Source: Octopus vulgaris (Eukaryota). Taken from it: 64,000 nt of DNA. A program made the position numbers and the translations under genes. Shown here one piece after another: positions 48,501 to 60,500 of the stretch; position 1 is the stretch's first letter; the number at the start of each line of letters is the position of its first letter. Under the pieces are notes generated by a model that saw only the letters and a program-made list of their open reading frames with translations, searched no databases and had not been told where the DNA came from. The stretch is taken from the NCBI GenBank assembly GCA_951406725.2, contig OX597841.1:12090001-12154000 (forward strand). The letters run 5' to 3'.

Positions 48501-51500
48501 AAGTGTGATTTGAATTTTGGACCCCTGTATGATTGAGTTTGACACACCTGCCTTAGACAAAAGTAATTACAGAAGTATCAAACTGCAGGACCAGTTCTTG
48601 AAAGTTAGAGAGAATTTTAGCCCAATTAATTAGGAACAAAATCAGATTTTGTGAGATGTAGTTTGGTCTTGTGCTGGGGAAAAGCACTTGAGATGCTCCA
48701 TTTGTAGTAAGGCAGGAAAATTATTTAGTCAAAGTAAATCATTAAACATGACATACATCAACCAAGAGAAAACCTTTGACAGGGTCCCTCGCTCTGGAAC
48801 CTGGTAATGGCTGATGTAGCTAGGGATAGATGAATGGCTTGTGACCAAAACAGAAGAGTTTAAGACATGTCCCCTGTTGGTGCCCGAGAAAACCTATCAC
48901 AACAAAACTGAGCTTCTGAAAGTATAATGTTTAATTTATACAACTGATGATGATGATGGCCCAATTTGCTTGTCATGCCATCCACACAACTCAACTGTCT
49001 CTCACGGATCCCTCCATCACTTACCAAACTGCTGTAATATTCTGCCGAAATTAAATGAAAGAACTACATATCTCATTATCATTTCTACGATACCATTTAT
49101 CTTCCTCACTACCAGGAACCACTTCATTTGACAGCCCTCCTCCATTCTTGACATTCTCACACTATCCCTCTCCACTTACACTGATTACCATTCTTTTCCC
49201 TCACCCCTCAACTCACATGTCTCTCTCTCACATTTTTGCAACCTATCAACCAACCTGCCATTTCCTTTTCTCCCATCTCTCCCACTTACAATATTACTAT
49301 TCAATCACTTTCTGCTCTTTCTCTATGGTCAGTCATCACCAACTCTCCCCTATATTCTCTTCAACTCATACTTAACATCAATCTTTGCTCCATCATTTAT
49401 TATATTCACCTCCTCAGCCCTCCATACTCTCATTCTACTGTATCTTGCACCCTGTACCCACCTGCCCATCCACCCTTCCTATTCTTTTGTCTCCACTCTT
49501 TCTTCTATTCACATAAAGGTACACTCACATAATGTAAGGACGGTAGCCATGCATCTCTTCTACAGCAACAAATTTCTTTCTTCCTCTTCTTTTATACTTC
49601 TCAACATAAAGCCAACTCCTGCTCTGCTACAACTCTACTCAGTTGAGACGGATCTTTTTTTCTCTCGCAAGTTCCTTGGTGACCTCAACTGAGCAAGTGT
49701 TATGAAAAAAGCACCCAATACACACTATAAAGTAACTGGCATTTAAAAAGGACACAGAAAGCCACAGAAACCTTGCCACAATAGACATTAGGGCTTGAAG
49801 AAGTCTATAACTTGTCAGATTTAGTTGAATAATCCAACTGATGTCAGTATGGAAGATGGATGTGAAGCAGTGATGATGTCACTGGACCAAGAAATGGTTC
49901 CCCTGTTTGTTGGGTCCTGTTGAACTATCAATAAATGCCAGCAAGAGAAAGCAGAGAAATATGCTTCTGCTGATTGTGTAGGAGAGAGGAATACTAGAGG
50001 TTTTAACCATTTCAATACCAACCTGGCTGAAACCACCTCTGGCTCTGTAGTACAAATGTCTTGATTTCATAAGTTTTTAATTAAAATCTTCCACCAAACC
50101 TTAAGTCACAATTTATGATCCTAACACTTGCTTAATAATAACTAAGTTATCTTACTAAATTCTGTGTTATATTTAAAATTAATTGAAAGAAACATTATTT
50201 TGAGCATCTCAAAATAAATACGGTAACAAAAGGGTTAAAACTTGTTTGGATATGTATTATATATTCAATGATTTGCAATTTTGCTGTTTGGGATGTTGTG
50301 TAGTCATCAGGGTATGTTGTGTACAGGTTGTAGTTTATCAGTGGTCTGCTGTTATAGAAGTTGGTACCTACTTCTTCTTTGTCGACGGTTCCAAGTAGAA
50401 AGTTGATCAGATGATTGAAGCCCTTCCGATGGAACATGTGGCTGCAGGCCTTGGTACCCTGACAAAATATGAAGGGGAAAAGGATTTCAATTGAGAATAT
50501 AAAGGAAGAGGAAAGAGAATACAACAAGATATTTAATCTGGTTCTGTAAGGATTCTTCCAGCTCAGAAGAGGAGGAGGAGGAAGAATAAGAATCGTTTGT
50601 AATTTGAGCAGCCAGCCAGCAATTTTCAGGTTTGGTGGGTGTGTCAATTGATAACACCTAGCCCCAGTACATGACTGGTATTTTAACAAGCCAACCTTGA
50701 TACTCAATTCGGGTGAAGTAGTTTCAAAATGATGCAGAGACCATTGCAATAATTCTTACCATCTGGACGTAACTTTTGAGAACGAGGAAATATTGAGTGG
50801 AGTTTTTGATGTTGTCAGGAAGATCTTTGTTTAGCATGTGGAGCAGATGACCCACCAACTGGTCAAATGATTTGTATGTCTGAAAAATAGGGGAAAAAAA
50901 CAATTAAAACACAATTTCTTATGGAAATACTTACTGCTGTCAATCCCATCCAACGGACACACCTAAGATCAAGGATGTTTCAGCCATGCCCACACCAACT
51001 TTTTATTAAGACAATGTGTATATAGAACTACATTATCTAATTTGTTGTTGCTTAGCCTCAGTTCAGTCCAGATCCAAAAGATCTATGATCAAAGATGGAT
51101 CATCTATGAACATTTCATCTTTATTCAGACACAGTATAGCTAGGACTCCATTAACTAATGTGCCTTTTCTTTGTAAAAGTCATTAATGTGTGATTTAAGG
51201 AAGATTTCACTGCAATTTAAACAAGGAGTCACTCACGACAAATGACCCCAGGATTATGTACTTGTTCATGTCTATTGTGTCAGTTCACTGGACTGAGTTA
51301 CCCCATCTGGACAGATGTCATATCCATGGGGATATTAACTCACAAACCTATTTAATATCAAGAGCCAGCTATCAAGTTATAACAAATATTGCATCTATAA
51401 ATATGTCCCTATAACTTCATGCCCTTCCTTTCACATATTACCCCCATAAACCTTACCTCTGTTTCACTGTTCACCACTAAAAAATGCTCTTTTACCCTCA

Positions 51501-54500
51501 AATTCATTTATTTTGTTTTATATTAACTTACCATTGTTACATAAACACATATTCACTGCTTACTTTGACAGCTCTCAATGTAACCCTTTGTCTACCTCAT
51601 ATTTTGTCCTGATGTAACCCTATATCCAACTAACCTATCATCATATATGTGACTGAAGGGGTCATATTTATGTGAGTAAAATTTTCCCTCCATATCCAGT
51701 CAATCATTAGCCCTATGCCCATAGCTCTCCTCCCTTGTGTGACCCTGGTTATGTCCAGCCCCTCAATATCAAGCAATGATCACATCAAGAATACAAGACT
51801 CACAGCTACGGCACCATGTTGAAAGAAGCTATTCATCATACGTTGGAGGATTTTGGCCAGGGTAAGCCGAACATCTTTGTTTGGACATTCCAGCAGAAAG
51901 GACCTACAAAAGAGAGAGAGACATAGACCTTACAGTAAGGGTTTAACAAAGTGTAATCTGTGGACAGTGATGAGGGTTGATGAAGAGCAAAATAGGGAGT
52001 CAGTTGAGGGTTTGTTTGAAGTAATAAAGAAATCTGTGATAGTCTGGGTGAAGTACTTGATTGGGCAGGAGATTGCTGAATCTAGTCTACAGACTCTACC
52101 CAATGCCACATGTGTGTCATTGGTAGATAGTCTATAAATTGTAACAAATGCAGCATATGTGTCCACAAACATAATTATTAACCATACTTTTAATTCAGAT
52201 CATTGAATATATTTTCAAACTTGCTCTTTTAAGAAAGGTCGTTAGTGAAATTTGCTTCATCACAATTAGATTCAGTTTTCCTGTAAAGACCATCACAGCC
52301 AAATGAAATTGATGTAACACAATTAATGCTCACAATTAACAGTGTTACCAAAATGAACGCTGGCACTTGTTCTATCATTTACCACTGAAACAAGATTTGT
52401 TGCCAAGCCAAAGCTGAAGTCAGAAAGTTTCTCAAAGTTCAATAATGATTTTTCAGCACATAAACTTCCATAAATTTGGATCCCATTGAAATTCCGGGCT
52501 TTACCAAATTGGTGTCCATTTACATTGATGTATCTCTGCTTACTTCAACATGTATATCACTCTAAAGAAATATTGAATTTTTCAAAGTTCTTATTTCTTT
52601 TTTAATTCTTCTGTTAATCCCAAATTTTTCTCTAATTCCATCAACATTGAAATTCCTTGTCTAAAATGAGAAACAAAAACCATTTTTTTATCTAATCTCT
52701 TCATGAAAATTCCATCAAGAGCAACTCCTTTCACTTTATTTCTTCTACAATTTCATTCTGTTTCTCCAGAAGCTGATGATTTTGGCTGACCAATTCTTAT
52801 AATTTCTTAGAAAAAGTCTTTAAGGTGGTTTTGTAATCTAGAATTAGTTTTTGAATGATATGCGTGGAAATTTTGAGAAAATGGAATGCAATCCCAGGAA
52901 TTTTCAACTACATTTTTAATCAAATTACCCAGGAATCCCACAACAGAAGCCCTTGTCTTATGAGTCTCATAAGGCTGCTGATGATGGGAGCAATGGTTGT
53001 AAAGCCAGGGAAGAAGTGAGAGCAGTGTTTGTGATTGGTAAGAGTGGGGAGGGAGTAGTAAAGCTATGGCTTGTAAGGAGGCAGGGACAGTTGTAAGCTT
53101 CATAGTGAGGTGAGCAAGGGTATAGGGGTCGAAGCTGGTTGCAGGAGTAGGAGGAATAGTGAAAGGTAATAAACTGAGAGAGGTACTTACTTGATGTAGG
53201 TGTAACCATCGTCTTCTCCAATCATGTCGACCAGGCACATGCAGGCTTCTTTGCAGCGAGTGACCAACATCTCAATCACAGTGACCCAGTCATCTAACTC
53301 AGCCCTGAACAACGACAACAACAACAACATTAAACCAAAGTTATGTCTGTCATTTATGTGAAAATTTAGCAATTTTATGTCTTTCTATGGGAGGAGAGCG
53401 GATATAAAACTTGATAAATTGTACAGGCTGTCAATAATTTAAAATTCATGGACAGAAATAATTACTGGTACACTAGAGATTAGTTAATTACTGGTACATT
53501 GGATATAAATAAATTACTGGGCTCTGTCCCTTCTTTATCAATGTTATCAAACAGAGTCAGGACAGACATCCTGGCTGCTAGATGTTTTCAGTGAATCAGA
53601 AAATAAAAATTAGACTTTCTTACTTTGTCTTCAGTTTTGCTCTGAAGTACGTATTGATGAGGAATTTCATGGCCAGCTGGAGCGACTGTACACATAACTT
53701 ACTGTAGTTGGGGTCAGTTTCATGAGCCTGTGGAGAGATGAATGGAGTGGTTTAGTCAAAAGGGGACAGTACATGGTTACAGAGGGAGAGGAAGAAGTAT
53801 TTAGTTCCAAACACCAGCATTCAGTGTTCAGTTCCAATTGAAGTCAACATTAATCTCTCAGCCCAGGGTTTAATAACTACCAACACACTATACAACACAC
53901 TCAGCCTCTCTTCTGTTGCATAAATCGTGTCCTGTCACGCCTCAGGGAACCTGAGAGCCAAATCTTTGGTTGGAAAAGTTCATAGGATGACCAAGATATT
54001 CTCAAGGAATTCGAAACATTCAAGAAAACCAGCTGGATGTTCCCTGTCAAATTTTCCCATGATGTGATTGGCCTGGTGCACTTTTGGTCAGATGTCAGAA
54101 GATGTGGCACCCACCAAGCAGAAACCTTCATGCCAAGTTCATTGTGCAGAATATTCTCTACTCCCTCACAGGATATGGCTAACAGCATTGGCTATTTGAG
54201 TTATAATCAATCGCTTGTCATCCATCACTATGTGGTGAACATGATCAATGTTTACCTTGGTGGTGGCCATTTCAGGATGTCCTGACATTGGGTCATTTTC
54301 AAGACTCTCCTTTTCTCTCCTAAATTCAGCTGTCCCCTTTTGCACTGTTGATAAAGTTTGAGTGTCCATCACCTAATGTAGCAACCATGTTAGTATGAAC
54401 GTCTTTGGGGGTCTAAACCCTTTTTCTGCTGGTACTTGATAAGACCAAAATGCCAAATTTAGTTCATTTTCAAGAGAAGTTACTACTAGTTACATCTGAT

Positions 54501-55325
54501 GTCTTCTTTGAACAGTCAGATGTCAGTTTACCCGGAAAGAAACAATGCAGTTATTAATGAAGAGTTTAAATTGATGCATGCAAGCTTTCACAGCCCTAGC
54601 ATCACTCCTTCATAATCAGCCTATGAAAATTTTAACCCAGCTTTGTATTTAGGTGAACGGGTTGAAGACAAATGGCAAAGCCCTGGAGGGTGGGGAAAAT
54701 GACTACAAGACTAACAATATAGTCAATGTAAAAAATAGATCTGTTACAACAAAAACAACAAAAGTAATCAACAAAATTGTATGAGGACTGAAAGAGGTGG
54801 AGGTGTGTGTGTGTGGGGAGATTCTTTGCAAGACAAGGAGAGGATTGTGGGACCGCCTGGTCAAAAGTGGTGCCAAACAATGGGAAAAAATCCCCACTCT
54901 TTGAATTACACCTGTGGAACCCTTCAGAAATTGAATTTGAAGAGAGAGGAGTGTCAAACCGTTGCTGCTGACCAACGACAAGAAAGGATGAATGACCATT
55001 GTGCCACACAGAAATCTTTATCTACATACATACACACATACATACATATATAATGCAAAAATATATATAAAATAAAAGAAGGAAAATGCTTACAGTTTAC
55101 ATAGTTTTAATATAGTTTATAAGTGAAAGAGTATTGTGTTTGTCTGACAAACACTTATAAATATTCTTTTATTCTTTTACTTGTTTCAGTGATTTGACAG
55201 CAGCCTTTAATATATTAAAACTATGTAAACTGTGTGCATGTTTTTCTTTTATTTTATATATATATCTATTTTGCATTACAACTTACCACATGAGAATAAT
55301 CAAAATTCTCCTCCTCCCTTTTCCT

Positions 55326-55364
<39 letters not shown>

Positions 55365-57507
55365 ATAACACAGCATGACTTAATTTATGAGTGTACATTA
55401 CACCCACATTCATGATACACCACAAGACACCACGATTCTCGATATCTGGTCATAATTTACAAGTGGCATTCCATAAGTTTTTCAAACTCTTTCAGGAGAG
55501 ACCTTTATTAATTTCAAATTGGTCCAAAACTCTGACCTCCTTCAAAGTAGGATCCTCTCACTTCAATGCATCTGTTGCAGTGCTCCTGCCACTTTGTGAA
55601 GGTCCCATTGAAGTCCTCAAAGAGGGACAGGTTTGATGTCATCACAACAACAACAGCAGTACAAACAACAACAACAACAACAACAACAACTTACTGCATT
55701 AACTGCGGCCAGGTTCTTGATGAAACGGAAATACTCATTGTTGTAAATGTCTCTGTTCTTGACAAAGATTATGTTCTCGGTGCCAATCACCTTCTCAATG
55801 CTTGCTGGCATCTTCTCTGTGAAAATACCACGTTTTTCCCCTTTGTGGACCAACTCTGTTAACTCGACCAGGCTGTCAGAGTTCAAACTGCGTCTATGGT
55901 GGAGAAGATGAGATGACAATGGGATTATTAGAGAGATATAAGTGTGTGTGTGTGAACAGGCTTCTTACAGTTGACCAAACACAAGGCTTTGGTCAGCCTC
56001 AGGTTAGAACCGAATACAGGTTGGTGACAGGGAAGACATCTGGCTGCAGAAAATCTTAACAAACTAGGCATGCAAGGACATTAAGAAGATGATTACAATG
56101 ACAAACGAATGCTGTGTCAACGAGGATCTCTGTCCACACATTACTGAAAGAGTAGGATTCCATGCCTCTAAAACAAAGAAGATGAGGAAGGAGTGAGACT
56201 GCCTGTGGGATTAGAATATTGGTTGATGTTAGAAAGGACATCCAACCATAAAAACCATGACAAAGCAGACATTGGAGCTAAATGCAGTCCTTGGACACAT
56301 CAGATTATGATCAAAAACTCCAACCTATGCTGGCATGGAACAAAGATACTAAATGATGGTGATATATATAATAAATCATACAACACTGAAGGTCACAACA
56401 CCAAAGCAACATTTTTGGACTGACTAAATTAGTAGGCTTATTATCACCTAGGGCCTTAAGCAACAAAGACATACAACTGACTGACCAGTCAATGAGGAAA
56501 TCTGTTCACATATTATATTTAACATATGGGATTATACAGGTTTAACACTTGGCTCTTCCCACTTTAGGGGACACATAAAACAGTTTCCTCAAACAGCATG
56601 GCTAATCAGAGGAAATTGTTATTTCTGTTTAACTGATCTATGAACATATGAGGTCTACCCAGGATGTCTGGCAGCAAGTTTCTTAGGATGACCATTTCTC
56701 CTTTTCTGATGTTTTCCATCAATACAGTCTTTGCTGGCAGCCACAAAATGTGACCCACCAAGCGAAATTAAAACAACACCTCAGTTTGCAATTAGCTGCT
56801 ATGTTGCTAGATGACTTTAGTGATAAAAATAAATATATATACATATATAATTATCATCATCGTTTAACAACTGTTTTCCATGCATGCAGTTATGTTGCCT
56901 GAAGAGGTTTCCATTACATCGATCCCCACTCACTAAGGAGCAGTGTAGAATTAAGCGAAAACTGTCGTTGTCTTACATAACGCTTCCAGTATGCTCTGTC
57001 TTCTGTACATTCAACATGTACTGACAAATTCCCTACGTACATCCAGCAATGAAAGACTACTACCCCGGATGATGCCTGGTAGTCACAAGTAGTGAATGTG
57101 CTATGCAGGCACAATACAATGGACATTCCCATAACAAGGTTCACATACTACACCTTAAAGTTCCCTACCTAAGCTTTAATTTTAACTAAAACATATATAC
57201 ATACATATATATATCTTTATATATAAAACTGTAGTTGTGTGTGTGTCTGTCTACTCCGATTTAGATTCCTAACTACTCCCATATTTTGCGGTGCAGTTTA
57301 ACCAAAAGTGGGTATCTTATAGTCGTGATTCATATCGAGCCCTTCTGGGTATTAGTGTGCGTCTACGATTTAAAAAAAATTTACCATCACTTTTCCCCAT
57401 TTTTAATCCATTTTTCGCTCGGTTTTATATAAGGGAAGTAACTCTCTAAAAATGCTTATATAGTTATTTCCCTTACAAACCCGAGCAACGCCGGGCGATA
57501 CTGCTAG

Positions 57508-57543
<36 letters not shown>

Positions 57544-60500
57544 TATATATACATACATACAAGAGTTATGGAATAGAGTAGATAAGGTCTGGACTACATA
57601 TGTTTCATAGTGAGTAAAACCTATGAAATATATGCAGCCCTGGTATTCTTATTCACACACCTGGCAACTCTGGTCACCTACTCATTATGAAATACTCACA
57701 CAAAAATATCCAAAACCTGCCGTCTCAATAAACCACGTTTGTCCCTGAAAGTTTTTTTTTTTATAAAATAGAGATGTGTGTATTCGCTTTTCACGTGAAA
57801 ACGTCTTCACCAATTACTTCCATACCTGTGATGCATGAATTATTTGACCTCGGACACATAATAGGATCTTCATTTGATTTTTTAAAATTAAAAATATCAA
57901 ATATTGCTTTTATATTAATGATTTACTTTTTTAAAAAGGTTTCTCAAAGACAACTTCCAGTATTGACGTAAAAACGGCAAAGTCTCTCAGTCTCCATTTT
58001 AATGTTCGCTATTTGTAAACAACTAAAACAAATTACTGAAAGAAACATTTATGGAGTTCACAAATTTAAAAATTTGAAACTAGAGACTTTTTTTAACTTG
58101 CTTTTATTTGTATGATTTTTTTCATTCCATGTTTATCTCATTCATTGTTTGCAATGCTCTCTCTCTCTCTCTCTCTCCAGGTTTCATTTCCGTAAAGCTT
58201 TTCAGTTTATTTCCTTTCTGCATGCCGTGTACACATCTGGTATCTATTTGTAGTCAGTCACACACACACCCACGTGTTTCTGTATGTACGTGTGTGTCTG
58301 TTTGAAGGGGTGTGTTGTCATGTATACGTACACACATAAATACATATGTAAACATCTTTTTCTCTGTGTGTGTGTGTGTGTTTGTGAGAGAGAGGAAGAA
58401 TGTCTAAATGGCACTCTACCTCTCACACACACAAAGATGTACGCCTATTTATTCATGCATGTACATATACATGACAGCACACCCCTTCACTCACTCACAC
58501 ATGTACATTTCAACTGATGTTTGATACTGGGTGTATCCATCCATACAACAACAATTAATAATTCACCTCCTCCACTTTCATCTCTCAATGTCTGCTATTG
58601 TCAGAGGATGAAAGACACGTGTTCCATTTCACAAACACATTTATTGTAGGTCAGAAATGTTTACTGACGTTTAGTGAACTGAGGCAATGTCTGTGCGAGT
58701 GTATCTGTTTAACCCTTCAGTGTTTAAACTAGCCATATCCAGCCAAAATATTCTGTTTCCTTTTCAAACTGATCAGATATGGTCTTTCATAATTGCTTTA
58801 GTGTCATTTTAAAAATAATTATGTCACATCATTGAAATCTCAAAGCTATGAAATGATGCTAACCGAAGCTAGCATGGAAAGCGGATGTTAAACAATGATG
58901 ATGATGATAATGATGATGTAAGATTAATTCAAAAAGGTGTGAATACTTAAGCCTTACATTTGTCAGAATAATCAGAAATACTTTACGGCTCCACTGGAGA
59001 TCTTTCATGTTGCTCATTCAATCATTTCGCTACAGAACAGATAATCGTCAGACTGACAGCACACAAAGATATTTGTAGCTGTTATTTAACCCAAGGCGCA
59101 TGGATATTGAACAAACTTATGATCAAAGGCATTCCAGCCTTGACCATCACTTCGCTTTCATCATCCCTTTCTTTTCCTTAAGGTAGTGAGTTAGCAGAGT
59201 GCTTACAGTATCTGCCCAATGATCACGATGTGTGCATTGAATAAATAATAAAATTCACAATAATCAAAATGGCCAAAACAACTGAGATGATTCTCAGTCC
59301 TGCAGCTGGTTACCAGGAGATAAACTGTCCTCTGTGCAACATCTTAAACAAGATATTCTGAGCTCCTAAGACATCAATGCCCACCTAGAAGAGCTTCTAC
59401 TCCAGGATATCATGTCTTGAGAGCAGGGAGGAGCATTTCCTGCTCAAGACAAGCAGGTTTGTTTTGCTTACTGTTGAGGTTTCCATAGCAACAAACATTT
59501 TGGAAGGTTGTCATTCCTACACCTCTCCATCGACACAAAGTCTGCCCTGTCATCCTTCTAACACGTCTTTCCTACAGATAAGCTATTTTGTAGATGTTAT
59601 GCACGCTGCCCTCCACACACACACAAGGTTTCCAGTTATTAAAGTTTGTATTAATTGAAACCAGAATGAAAAGACAAACACTTACCTTGGTTCAAAATGA
59701 GAACATTTAGACAGAGAAACTTTGGATTTCTTTGCAGAAACAGGTGTCTTCGGTTCGTCCATTCGTTCATAGAACAACATATAACCATTCCAATAACGGA
59801 TCCGATCTTCAGGGTAGGTCATGTCTGGAAGCAGCAGAAGTGACAGATGTCTTATATTTTACAATTGAATTAAATTTCAGCCAATCCCCCGCATCCTTTC
59901 ATGTCAGCTGCCTCTGTGCTGCACTCAAGTCTGCCAGTTACTGCTCCTCCTAGATGGGGGTGGAGGACTACATCTCTCTTCTACATTCTATTTTTGTGCC
60001 AAGGCTTTGGCAACTCTATGTCCAAAATTTTATATTTTTGTAATAATTACTGCTCTATTCTTTAGAGTATGCTTCTTTTCTGATATATGTTTTATTGACA
60101 ATATATATATAGCTAGATAGATAGATAGATATGTAACTTATGGTATAACTATTAACAGGGCAAATTTTAGCCATTTCTCCACAGACTGAAAAAAATGAAC
60201 AAGTTTAATTGATTTTCAACCCTTATTAGGTTCTCATCAGAGGTGGCCACATCATTTTGACAATCACCAGAGAAACAAACAGCCAAACTGTTTATATACT
60301 CAACAAATGCAGCAGTTACTCTATGAAGGAGTCCCTAATTTGCATACCAAAAGTATTTAATACTATAAATAGCAGTGGCCTGTCGACGGGGATCTTAGTC
60401 CACACAGTATCAAGGTATGATATAATAAATATGTAACGTGGTACAATTATAAACAGGGCAAGTTTTAGCCATATGTACATATATCTACACACACACACAT

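Noticed and set aside
50195-50749. 184-aa ORF as an independent gene
   Set aside because: Only 50372-50458 is USP24 exon I; the rest is intronic read-through
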